Shown here piece after piece: positions 30,266 through 38,854 of a DNA stretch of 64,000 nucleotides. The notes beneath the pieces are model-generated. The model was not told where the DNA came from, did not search any database, and saw only the letters and a program-made list of their open reading frames with translations. Origin of the DNA: an uncultured delta proteobacterium (GTDB lineage: Bacteria > Myxococcota > UBA727 > VGSZ01); NCBI GenBank assembly GCA_963775425.1, contig CAVZJB010000003.1:206983-270982 (forward strand), in the 5' to 3' direction. Every line of letters starts with the position of its first letter. Position 1 is the first letter of the stretch. Both the position numbers and the translations under genes were made by a program.

Positions 30266-31695
30266 AGCACCCGTCCCCTCCGCGCCGCCCGAGCGTCGCG
30301 GCACCGTCGTCGTCACCGTTGCGCTTCCGGCGGCGCAGCGTGCTCCAGGCGCTCGGCGGCGCCGCGCTCGCGCTCCCCTTCGTCGACCTGCTGCGCGCTG
30401 GCCGCGCGCGCGCCGACGGCAACGGCTTCGCCCAACGCGCGATCTTCATGTACTTCCCCGACGGCGTCAGCGGCCCGTCACAGAGCGGCGAGCCCTCGGA
30501 GTGGCACTGCACCGGCAGCGAGCACGACTTCACGCTGCAAAGCCAGCTCCAGCCGCTCAGCGCCCACAAGGGCGACTGCGTGTTCCTGAACGGCGTGTCC
30601 TCGGGGCCCACCGACAGCGGCAGCCACCCCGGCGGCGCCAAGAAGCTGCTCACCGCCGTCGACGGCGGGTACGGCCAGTCCCTCGATCAATACCTCGCGT
30701 CCACCGTGTTCTCGGCGTCGCCGTGGCGCCACCTCTACCTCGGCGCCATGGCCACGCAAAACGGCGCGTCGGGCGACAAGCACATCTCGTATCCGACCGC
30801 GGGCGAGAGCGTCGCGCCCGAGGACAACCCGCGCGTCGCGTTCCAGCGCCTCTTCGGCGCCTCGTCCCCGTCGAGCGGCGCGAGCGACCCCGGCGCCGTC
30901 GGGGGCGCGGTCGGCGCCCCCGATCCGCGCGTCAGCATCCTCGACGTCGTGCAGGCCGACCTCGCCGACCTCCGCGGGCGGCTCGGCGGCGTCGAGCAGC
31001 AGAAGCTCGACGTCCACCTCGAGAGCGTCCGCGAGATCGAGCAGCGCATCCAGGCCACGCCGCCGCCGGCGCCGGCGTCGTGCGCGAGCCCGTCGCTCGA
31101 CTACGCCGTCGACGACGCGTCGCTGTACGACCCGGGCCGCTTCCCCGAGGTGTGGAAGGCGCAGATCGACGTCTGCGTGCTCGCCATGTCCTGCGGCGTG
31201 ACCCGCTGCGCCACGCTCCAGGCGTCGCACCACACGAGCGAGCTCATCATGAGCCGCTTCCCCGCCACCGAGATGTACGACCAGAGCTTCGACATGCGCA
31301 GCCACCAGGCGTCGCATTACGGGGCCACCCACGATCCCTCGCACCTCGAGTACGCGCGCTTCGTGCAGCAGCGGCGCTGGTTCGTCTCTCAGCTCTCCTA
31401 CCTCCTCGACCAGCTCCAGGCGCGGCCCGACCCCGGCGTGCCCGGCGCCAGCCTGCTCGACACGTCGGTGGTCCTCCTGTGCTCGGAGATCTCCGACGGC
31501 AACACGCACTCGCACGACAACCTGCCTTTCCTCCTCGCCGGCCGCGCCGGCGGGAAATTCTCGACGGGGCGGCTGCTCGACGTCGGCTACGAGCGGCACC
31601 ACAAGCTGTTGACGTCCATCGCGCGCGCGTGCGGCAGCGACATCGACGGCTTCGGGCAGGACTCCGGCGGCACGCTCCCCGGTCTGCCGGTCTGA
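30262..31695 (+). CDS. DUF1552 family protein (Tat-signal), partner of the DUF1592-family protein
   Basis: GTG start overlaps the upstream stop. RRRSVLQALGGAALALPFVDLLRA is a twin-arginine signal. Conserved DUF1552-like blocks (FMYFPDGV..., LLCSEISDGNTHSHDNLPFLLAG). Confidence 0.65.
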   Translation: MKHPSPPRRPSVAAPSSSPLRFRRRSVLQALGGAALALPFVDLLRAGRARADGNGFAQRAIFMYFPDGVSGPSQSGEPSEWHCTGSEHDFTLQSQLQPLSAHKGDCVFLNGVSSGPTDSGSHPGGAKKLLTAVDGGYGQSLDQYLASTVFSASPWRHLYLGAMATQNGASGDKHISYPTAGESVAPEDNPRVAFQRLFGASSPSSGASDPGAVGGAVGAPDPRVSILDVVQADLADLRGRLGGVEQQKLDVHLESVREIEQRIQATPPPAPASCASPSLDYAVDDASLYDPGRFPEVWKAQIDVCVLAMSCGVTRCATLQASHHTSELIMSRFPATEMYDQSFDMRSHQASHYGATHDPSHLEYARFVQQRRWFVSQLSYLLDQLQARPDPGVPGASLLDTSVVLLCSEISDGNTHSHDNLPFLLAGRAGGKFSTGRLLDVGYERHHKLLTSIARACGSDIDGFGQDSGGTLPGLPV

Positions 31696-31737
31696 GTCTT
31701 TGCTGGCGCGGCGGGTGCGGCGGCGGTAGGAGGGCGC

Positions 31738-32196
31738 ATGGGGCTGTACAGCGACATCGGCACGGCGTGGAAAGAGGCGATGAAGGCGCGCGATCCCAAG
31801 AAGGACGTGCTCAGCGCCATCCGCACCGAGGTGAAGAACAAGGTCATCAACACCCGCTCCTCCGGCGGCGGCGAGATCGACCCGCCCGACGACGTCGTCC
31901 TCGACGTGCTCAAGAAGATGGCCAAGCAGCGCAAGGAGTCCGTCGAGGAGTACACCAAGGGCGGGCGCCAGGACCTCGTCGACAAGGAGCAGTTCGAGCT
32001 CTCCGTCATCGAGAAGTTCCTCCCCGCCGGCCTCGCGCCCGACGCCCTCGCCGCGCTCGTGAAGGAGGCCGTCGCCGAAAGCGGCGCGAGCGGGCCCAAG
32101 GACATGGGCAAGGCGATGAAGGCGGCCATGGCCAAGGTCGCCGGCCGCGCCGACGGCAAGGACGTGCAGGCCGCCGTCAAGGCCGCGCTCGGCTGA
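31738..32196 (+). CDS. GatB/YqeY domain protein
   Basis: MGLYSDIGTAWKEAMKARDPKKDVLSAIR...FLPAGLAPDALAALVKEAVAESGASGPKDMGKAMKAAMAK is the YqeY signature. Confidence 0.8.
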   Translation: MGLYSDIGTAWKEAMKARDPKKDVLSAIRTEVKNKVINTRSSGGGEIDPPDDVVLDVLKKMAKQRKESVEEYTKGGRQDLVDKEQFELSVIEKFLPAGLAPDALAALVKEAVAESGASGPKDMGKAMKAAMAKVAGRADGKDVQAAVKAALG

Positions 32197-32236
32197 CTCA
32201 GCGCGGCCGCTCCCTCCGGTCGGTGATCGGCGTCAG

Positions 32237-34069
32237 CTACGCCGCGCGCCGGTCGAGGAGGTCGTGCTGGTCCTGCGCGTCGGCGTCGGCGCCCAGGGGG
32301 AGACGCACGAAGAACGACGTGCCCGTCCCGGGTGACGACTGCACCTCGAGGCTGCCTTCGTGTTTGTCCACCACGACGGACCACACGATGGCCAGGCCCT
32401 GGCCGGTGCCCTTGCCCACGGGCTTGGTGGTGAAGAACGGGTCGAAGATGCGGTTCTTGATGGCGTTGGGGATGCCCGCGCCGTCGTCGTTGAATTCGAT
32501 CTCGGCGAAGTCGCCGCGGCGCCGGGCGTGGATGCGGATGTGCCCGCGGTCGCCGCAGGTGGCGTGCCGCTCCCCGATGGCGTGGGCCGCGTTCACGATC
32601 ATGTTCAGGAACGCCTGAGAGAGCTCGTCGCGCAGCGCGGGCACGCGCGGGAGGTCGTCGTCGACGACGATGTCGAGGTCGGCCACGTACTTCCACTCGT
32701 TGCGCGCGATGACCGCGGTGGTCTCGAGCACCTCGCGCATGCCGACGTTCTCCTTCACCCCGCGGCTCGGGTGCGAGAAGTCCTTCATCGCGCGCACGAT
32801 GGCGGTGACCCGTTGGATGCCCTCGAGCGCCTCGGCGACGGCCTTCGGCACCTCCTCCCGGAGGTACGCGACGTCGCCCTTCTGCTCGATGAGCTTCGTG
32901 AAGCTGCGCTCGACGAAGAGCGTGTTGTCGGAGATGTACTGCATCGGCGTGTTGATCTCGTGGGCGATGCCCGCCGCGAGCTGACCGATGGCGGCGAGCT
33001 TCTCGCTTTGCAGGAGCTGCGTGCGCGAGAGCGCGAGCTTGTTGATCATCGTGTTGAAGCTCACCGCGAGGCTCGCGAGCTCGAGGTCGCCGGTGACGGG
33101 CACGCGTGCGTTGAGGTCGCCCTCGGCGATGGCGCGCGCGGCGGTCTCCACGTCGGCGAGCGGTCGCAGTTGGCGCTTGATCAGCCGGTCTGCGAAGAAG
33201 GCGAACAGCACGAGCGCCGCCAGCATGAGGGCGATGCTCGCGCCGGTGGCCAAGCGCGAAAACAGCATCATGATGCTCACCGGCACGAGCATCGCCACGG
33301 TGGCCTCGCTCCCCTCACCCAGCGGGCGCTGCAGCACGAACATGGACACGCTCTTGTTGCCGCGCTCCGGCCAGTTCTCGCGCGTCATCGTCGAGGTGGC
33401 GTAGCCGCCGTACGGGCGCGCGAGCTTCAGGTCGACGGCGCTGAACGAGTCCCCCGCCGCGCGCGGGAGCGCCGGCTCGAGGCGCTTGCCCTCGATGTCG
33501 CGCAGCGTGGAGGCGACGTCGGCGTCGGAGAGCACCATGACGTCGACCGCGGCCGCGCGGGAGATGGTGTCGGCGTAGTCCTCGTCGACGCGGTGCGCCG
33601 CCCAGACCTCGACGCCGGCGTGCTCCTGCCGCGCCGCCAGCCAGGGGGTGCCCGCGCACGACAAGAAGCCCCGTGAGCGGACCGCGGCGAGCCGCGACAG
33701 GTCGCAGGGCAGGCCGCCGGCGACGGTGTGGCCGGCGGCGCGCACCATGTACGCGTCGTCCGGGTCGCGCGCCGGCCAGGCGGAGTCGACGGCGGCGCGC
33801 GCGGCGCCCCCGTCGCCGGAGACGGCGGCGCGGCGCAGCACGTCGCTGGCGGCGAGGGCCGCGGCCTCGTGGCCGAGCTCCGTCAGCATCGTGTCGTTTT
33901 CGACGCTGGTGGCGTTTTCGATGTTGGCGTGCAGCCAGGAGTCGGCGCCGACGCGGCCGGCGTAGTAGTTCACGGCCGCGGACGCGGTCACCTGCGCCAC
34001 GCCGCACACCGCCACGAGCGCCACCACCGTGGTGAGCCATCGACGCCGGGCGGAGCGGGGGTGTGCCAC
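32237..34069 (-). CDS. sensor histidine kinase (periplasmic sensor, HAMP, HisKA, HATPase_c)
   Basis: N-terminal TM, large periplasmic region, second TM, HAMP. Then QSEKLAAIGQLAAGIAHEINTPMQ (H-box), NMIVNAAHAI (N box), FNDDGAGIPN (D box), GKGTGQGLAIV (G box). Confidence 0.9.
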   Translation of the reverse strand: MAHPRSARRRWLTTVVALVAVCGVAQVTASAAVNYYAGRVGADSWLHANIENATSVENDTMLTELGHEAAALAASDVLRRAAVSGDGGAARAAVDSAWPARDPDDAYMVRAAGHTVAGGLPCDLSRLAAVRSRGFLSCAGTPWLAARQEHAGVEVWAAHRVDEDYADTISRAAAVDVMVLSDADVASTLRDIEGKRLEPALPRAAGDSFSAVDLKLARPYGGYATSTMTRENWPERGNKSVSMFVLQRPLGEGSEATVAMLVPVSIMMLFSRLATGASIALMLAALVLFAFFADRLIKRQLRPLADVETAARAIAEGDLNARVPVTGDLELASLAVSFNTMINKLALSRTQLLQSEKLAAIGQLAAGIAHEINTPMQYISDNTLFVERSFTKLIEQKGDVAYLREEVPKAVAEALEGIQRVTAIVRAMKDFSHPSRGVKENVGMREVLETTAVIARNEWKYVADLDIVVDDDLPRVPALRDELSQAFLNMIVNAAHAIGERHATCGDRGHIRIHARRRGDFAEIEFNDDGAGIPNAIKNRIFDPFFTTKPVGKGTGQGLAIVWSVVVDKHEGSLEVQSSPGTGTSFFVRLPLGADADAQDQHDLLDRRAA

Positions 34070-34106
34070 ACCCCTCGAATCGGCGGGGCCCGAACAACCT
34101 TGAGCG

Positions 34107-35297
34107 TCAGGCGCCCGTGATCCATCGGGCGGTCATGAAGACGAGGGAGGCCGCGAACGCGGCGACCAGCAGCGCCGCCGTCAGCGAGACGGCCTTCCCC
34201 CTCACGAGCGCGGGCGCGCGCACCGGGCCGCCGGCGGCGCCGGCCCGGAGCCGCGGCGCCAGCAGCGCACACAGGCCCGCGCCGGCGAGGGCGCCGCCGA
34301 GGTGTGCGACGCCGTCGACGCCGGGCAGGAGCGAGATGACCACGTTCACCCCGATGAGCCCGATCCAGGAGCGCACCGGCAGCCGGGGGCCCGCCAACGG
34401 CTGGGTCCGGTAGCGCAGCGTAGAGACCCCCAGGGCCCCGACCAGCCCGAAGATCCCACCCGACAGCCCCACGGTGGCGACGTCGTGCGCGGACACCGAG
34501 AGCACCGCGCCGAACAGGGCGCTGCCGAGGAGGATGACGAGGAAGCCGGCGCGGCCGAGCCAGCGCTCGAACACGGGTCCCACCGACAGCAGGGCCGCCC
34601 CGTTCAACAGCAGGTGCAGCTCGCCCATGTGGAGAAACGGCGCGGTGAACAGGCGCCAGAACCCGCCGTGGATGACGAGGTCGCGGTTGGCGGCGCCGAG
34701 GTCGATGATGGCGTTCCCACCCGCGCGCACGGCCGCGATGCGCTCGAGGATCAACACCGCGACCATCACGCCGCCGACGGCGTAGACCGCCGCCGGCCGC
34801 TTGTCGTTCACCTCGGCGGCGCGCGCGTTGCGCGCGAGGACGCCCGACAGCCGCGGGCCGAGCCGCGCGTGCACCGCCGCTGCGGCCGCGTCCGCGCCGC
34901 CGTCGACGAAGCTCCGCTTCGGGATGACGCGCGCGACGCCGGCGCCCGCGACGACCAGGCCGATCTTGCCGTTGAACGCGAGCGTGACGGCGTCGAGCGG
35001 GATGTCCGCGGGCGGGGCGCCGCCGAGCGCCGGCACCGAGATGCCGGCGTCGTCGACGACGAGCGCGCCGGGCGTCCGCCGTCGAAGGCGTCGCACGAGC
35101 GCCACGGCGACGGGCCAGCCGAACACCGCCACCGGCACCAGCAGCAGCGGCGGCACCGCCTGGGCGGCGGCGCGCAGCATCACGGCGGCCGCGACGGACA
35201 CGAGCAGGACCACGACGGCCGTGACGACGAGGAGCAGGGGCGGCGGTGGCTCGCGCAGTCGAAACCGCGCCTGCGCCGGGACGTCCGAGAGCTCCAT
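34107..35297 (-). CDS. rhomboid family intramembrane serine protease with N-terminal extension
   Basis: GGFWRLFTAPFLHMGELHLLLN, GLSGGIFGLVGA (catalytic Ser) and AHLGGALAG (catalytic His). ATG chosen at MELSDVP. The upstream part of the 548-aa ORF looks non-coding. Confidence 0.75.
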   Translation of the reverse strand: MELSDVPAQARFRLREPPPPLLLVVTAVVVLLVSVAAAVMLRAAAQAVPPLLLVPVAVFGWPVAVALVRRLRRRTPGALVVDDAGISVPALGGAPPADIPLDAVTLAFNGKIGLVVAGAGVARVIPKRSFVDGGADAAAAAVHARLGPRLSGVLARNARAAEVNDKRPAAVYAVGGVMVAVLILERIAAVRAGGNAIIDLGAANRDLVIHGGFWRLFTAPFLHMGELHLLLNGAALLSVGPVFERWLGRAGFLVILLGSALFGAVLSVSAHDVATVGLSGGIFGLVGALGVSTLRYRTQPLAGPRLPVRSWIGLIGVNVVISLLPGVDGVAHLGGALAGAGLCALLAPRLRAGAAGGPVRAPALVRGKAVSLTAALLVAAFAASLVFMTARWITGA

Positions 35298-35555
35298 GGG
35301 CGAAGCATGGCGTCCGGCGCCCGCGTCGCCAACCCACGTGTGCGTCGCGCGCGGCGGAGCCCGGCGGGCCCGCGTCGTGCTTGGCGCGCACGGTGTCAGG
35401 TGGACGGCGCGTCCTGACGCGACAGCGATGTCGCTCTTCGCGGCGCGAGCGCAGCGCGACGGCGCGAGGCGACGCCACGCGCGAGCTTGGCGCGCGGGAT
35501 GCTGAGGTCGCGGCCACATCCGCGGCGCTGCGGCGGCGGACAAAGGGGAGGTTTC

Positions 35556-37853
35556 ATGAGGCGAGCCCTTCTGGCGCTCGCCGGCGGAGCGTTCACGCTC
35601 TTGCCGGCGTACACGTGCGGCGCTCCCGCGGGCGATGACTTCGTGAGCACGCCGGATGGCGACGGGGTTCCGTTCGACGGAGATCCCGGACCGGCGCCCA
35701 CGGGCCAGCGCTTCGACGACGTCGAGGTCGTCGACGGCTGCGGCCGCACGCACCTCGCGTTCCGCCTCGTCGACGAGATCTGCGGCGCCGACGGCGCGCT
35801 GCCCTCACCCGCGGACCTCGCCGCGCCGATGATCCGCGACGGCGCATTCGTGGACGACACGTTGTACGCCGTCGACGGCTCCGCCCTCTGGGTGCTCGGC
35901 GCCTCCAATCCCACGGCGCTCGTGCGGCGCTCGCTCACCGCCGGCGTCGGCGAGGCGCTCGCGGTGGCCGCCGCCGGCGACCGCGTGTGGCTCGCGGAGG
36001 GCGACGCCGGCCTGGTCGCTGTGTCCACCGCCGACCCCGCGCGCCCGGCGATCGTCGACGAGCTCGCCCTGCCGGGGCCCGCCTTCGATGTCGCCGTGGA
36101 CGGCGACACCGGCGTCATCGCCGCGGCCCTCGGCGCCGCGGGCCTCGCGCTCGTCGATCAGGCGCTCCCTCCGGTCCCCGACCCGAACGACCCGGGCGCC
36201 GACGGGGAGCGCTTCTCAATCGTCGACGTCGGCGGCCCGGCCGTCTCCGTCACGCTCGACGGCGGCCGCGCATACGTCGCCACCTGCGACGGCCTCGTGA
36301 TCGTCGACGTCGCCGGCCGCGAGGTGCTCGGCGCCGCGCGCGGCGACGCGTTCGTCCCCGGCGCCGTCGTCGACGGGGTCAATGAGGCGCCGGCCAAGGA
36401 CGTCGCCGTGGTCGGCTCGCTGGCCTTCGTGGCCGCGGGCCGCGCCGGCGTGGTCGCCGTCGACGTCGGCGACGCCGCGAGCCCGCGCGCCGTCGGCCAG
36501 TGCACCGACGCGCACGCGCTCGATCACTACGTGAACGGCGTGAAGGTCGACGACGGGCGCCTGGTGGTGGCCGCCGGCGAAGCCGGCGTCGACGTCGTCG
36601 AGGACCCGCTGGCCACCTGCGGCGACGGCTTCGCGGCCTCCGTCGACGTCTCGCCGCCCCTGCCGGTGGTGGACGCCGCGTGCCGTCCGGTCCCGCCGTG
36701 GTCCATCCTCGACGTCGTGTCGTGGGAGCCGCCGCCGCTCTTCTTCGACCCGGTGCAGCTCGTCGTGCACGACGGCCACGCGTGGTCCTTCGGCGACGCC
36801 CGCCGAAACGGCGTCCGCGCCGTCGACGTGTGGACGCTCCCCGACGTCACCCACGCGGGTCGCTATCAGGAGCCGCGCCGCGTGAGCGGCATCGCCGCGC
36901 GCGACGGCGTCGTCGCGCTGGCGGGGGTGCCCGCGCCCGACGGCGGCGCCGGATCGCCGGGCAGCCTGTGGATCGAGACCGACGACGATCGGCTGCTCGT
37001 GAAAGACACGCTCGCGGACACCCCGTGGCTGCAGGGGACACCGGGCTTGCTCAGGGACGGCACGCCGGTGTCGGTCGCCCGCGGCACGCTCCTCGTCGGC
37101 CACACCGACGACCACGGCCTCGACACCATCGACGGCAAGTACGCGTCCCCGTACGCGATCCCGTTGCCTGAGCAGGTGTCGCCGCGGCACCTCGTCATCG
37201 AGGACGACGGGCGGCTCGACGTCGCGGTCCCCGACGGCGTCGCCTCGGTGAGCCCCGGCGCCATCGCCACCGGCAGCGCCACCGGCCAACGCCTCGACGC
37301 CCTCGGCCGCACCGCCGCGCTCGCGCCCGACATCGCCGGCACCGGCGACGACGTCGTCGTCGCGGCGCCGGAGTGGGCGAACGCGCTCGGCTTGAGCGGC
37401 GCCGCCTACGCGGCCCCCGGCGCGTTCACCGCCGACGAGATCCTCGACGTCGCGCTGTGGCGCACCGGCCCGCCGCGGCGCGTGCTCGCCGCCGACCCCG
37501 AGCAGCTCGGCGTGGTGCTCGAGGCCGCCGCCATCGCCGACCGCGGCGCGCTCATCGTGCACGGCGGCGTCTGCGCGGGCGCGGTGCCGCCGGCGCCCTA
37601 CGTCGACGCCGTGCTGCGCGGCGATCGCGCGTACCTGCTCGCCGCGGACGTCGGGCGCATGCGCAGCGAGCTCGTGCGCGTCGACGTCGGCGGCGCCCGG
37701 CCGCTGGTGCTCGGCGTGAACGCGTTCACCGGCTCCGCCGTGGGCATGACGACGACGGCGGACCGGCTCTACGTCGCCGACGCCGACGGCGCCATCCGCG
37801 TGTATGCGCTGCCCGGGGCCACGTTGCTCGGCGTCGTCGGCGGTGCCCCATGA
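35556..37853 (+). CDS. LVIVD-repeat beta-propeller lipoprotein
   Basis: MRRALLALAGGAFTLLPAYTC has a lipobox. Repeated units ending LAVVD/LVIVDV/VVAVDV are characteristic of the LVIVD repeat family. Confidence 0.65.
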   Translation: MRRALLALAGGAFTLLPAYTCGAPAGDDFVSTPDGDGVPFDGDPGPAPTGQRFDDVEVVDGCGRTHLAFRLVDEICGADGALPSPADLAAPMIRDGAFVDDTLYAVDGSALWVLGASNPTALVRRSLTAGVGEALAVAAAGDRVWLAEGDAGLVAVSTADPARPAIVDELALPGPAFDVAVDGDTGVIAAALGAAGLALVDQALPPVPDPNDPGADGERFSIVDVGGPAVSVTLDGGRAYVATCDGLVIVDVAGREVLGAARGDAFVPGAVVDGVNEAPAKDVAVVGSLAFVAAGRAGVVAVDVGDAASPRAVGQCTDAHALDHYVNGVKVDDGRLVVAAGEAGVDVVEDPLATCGDGFAASVDVSPPLPVVDAACRPVPPWSILDVVSWEPPPLFFDPVQLVVHDGHAWSFGDARRNGVRAVDVWTLPDVTHAGRYQEPRRVSGIAARDGVVALAGVPAPDGGAGSPGSLWIETDDDRLLVKDTLADTPWLQGTPGLLRDGTPVSVARGTLLVGHTDDHGLDTIDGKYASPYAIPLPEQVSPRHLVIEDDGRLDVAVPDGVASVSPGAIATGSATGQRLDALGRTAALAPDIAGTGDDVVVAAPEWANALGLSGAAYAAPGAFTADEILDVALWRTGPPRRVLAADPEQLGVVLEAAAIADRGALIVHGGVCAGAVPPAPYVDAVLRGDRAYLLAADVGRMRSELVRVDVGGARPLVLGVNAFTGSAVGMTTTADRLYVADADGAIRVYALPGATLLGVVGGAP

Positions 37854-38809
37854 GGGCGCTCGTCGTCGTCAGGGCCGGCCTGGCGTTCGCCGCCGTCGCG
37901 CTCGCGGGCTGCACGTTCGACCCCGGCCCGCTCGACTTCAACCTCTTCCCCGACCTCCCGCAGGAGGACTTCGTCAAGGACAATCCGCCGTCCGTCGACG
38001 TCACCCTCCTCGCCGACGAGAGCGCCATCGGGCCCGACGGCGAGGTGCAGATCGACACGTGGGACGATCTGTCGAGCAGCGTCAGGCTCGACGTCACCTT
38101 CGCCAACACCGTGTCGATGGACGTGCCGCTCGGGACCGTCACGCTCACCGGCGCGGAGCTCGGCGAGGGCTACGGCGACATCCGCGCCGTCGCCCACGAC
38201 GACGACGGCGGCCACACCGACGTCGTCACCGGGCGCGTCCTCGTCGACCTCACGCCGCCCGAGATCGATCTTTCGCCCTGCATCGTCGGCGGCGACGGCG
38301 CGTTGTCGGCGGCCGTGGGCGACGCGTGGGCCCTCGGCTCCATCGACCTCACCGTCGGCGACGCCAACTTCCACGAGGACTTCCCGCAGTGGCCCGCCAC
38401 GCTCGGCAGCGACTGGGACTGGACGCTCTTCGAGGTCCCCGCGGCGCAGCTCCCGGCGGGGGCGACCACCGCGACCCTCATCGCCATCGACCACGTCGGC
38501 AACGAGACCGACGCCACCTGCGATCTGCTCGTCGACACGTCGGCGCCGGAGGTGACGCTCACCGCCAGCCTCGACGACGACGGCGTCATCCACGCCATCG
38601 TCTCCGCCTCCGACGACGACACCGGGGCCGAGCCGTCGCTCGAGGTCGCGTCCCGCGGCGCGGTGCTCGCGGAGGGCAGCGGCCCGTCCACCGGCTTCAC
38701 GCTCACGGCGGCCGACTTCCCGGCGGGCCCGCTGCCGCTCGAGGGCCGCGCGATCGACCGCGCGGGCAACGTGGGGGTGTCGGCGCCGGTGGTGCTCGAG
38801 ATCCGCTGA
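37850..38809 (+). CDS. lipoprotein with bacterial Ig-like domains
   Basis: ATGA overlap with the upstream gene. MRALVVVRAGLAFAAVALAGC has a lipobox. Repeated '...VDLTPPEI...' and '...VDTSAPEVTLTA...' Big-type segments. Confidence 0.55.
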   Translation: MRALVVVRAGLAFAAVALAGCTFDPGPLDFNLFPDLPQEDFVKDNPPSVDVTLLADESAIGPDGEVQIDTWDDLSSSVRLDVTFANTVSMDVPLGTVTLTGAELGEGYGDIRAVAHDDDGGHTDVVTGRVLVDLTPPEIDLSPCIVGGDGALSAAVGDAWALGSIDLTVGDANFHEDFPQWPATLGSDWDWTLFEVPAAQLPAGATTATLIAIDHVGNETDATCDLLVDTSAPEVTLTASLDDDGVIHAIVSASDDDTGAEPSLEVASRGAVLAEGSGPSTGFTLTAADFPAGPLPLEGRAIDRAGNVGVSAPVVLEIR

Positions 38810-38854
38810 GCGCGGGCGTGGCGGCCGGGCGCCCGGCGCGCTAGGTCCCGGGGC

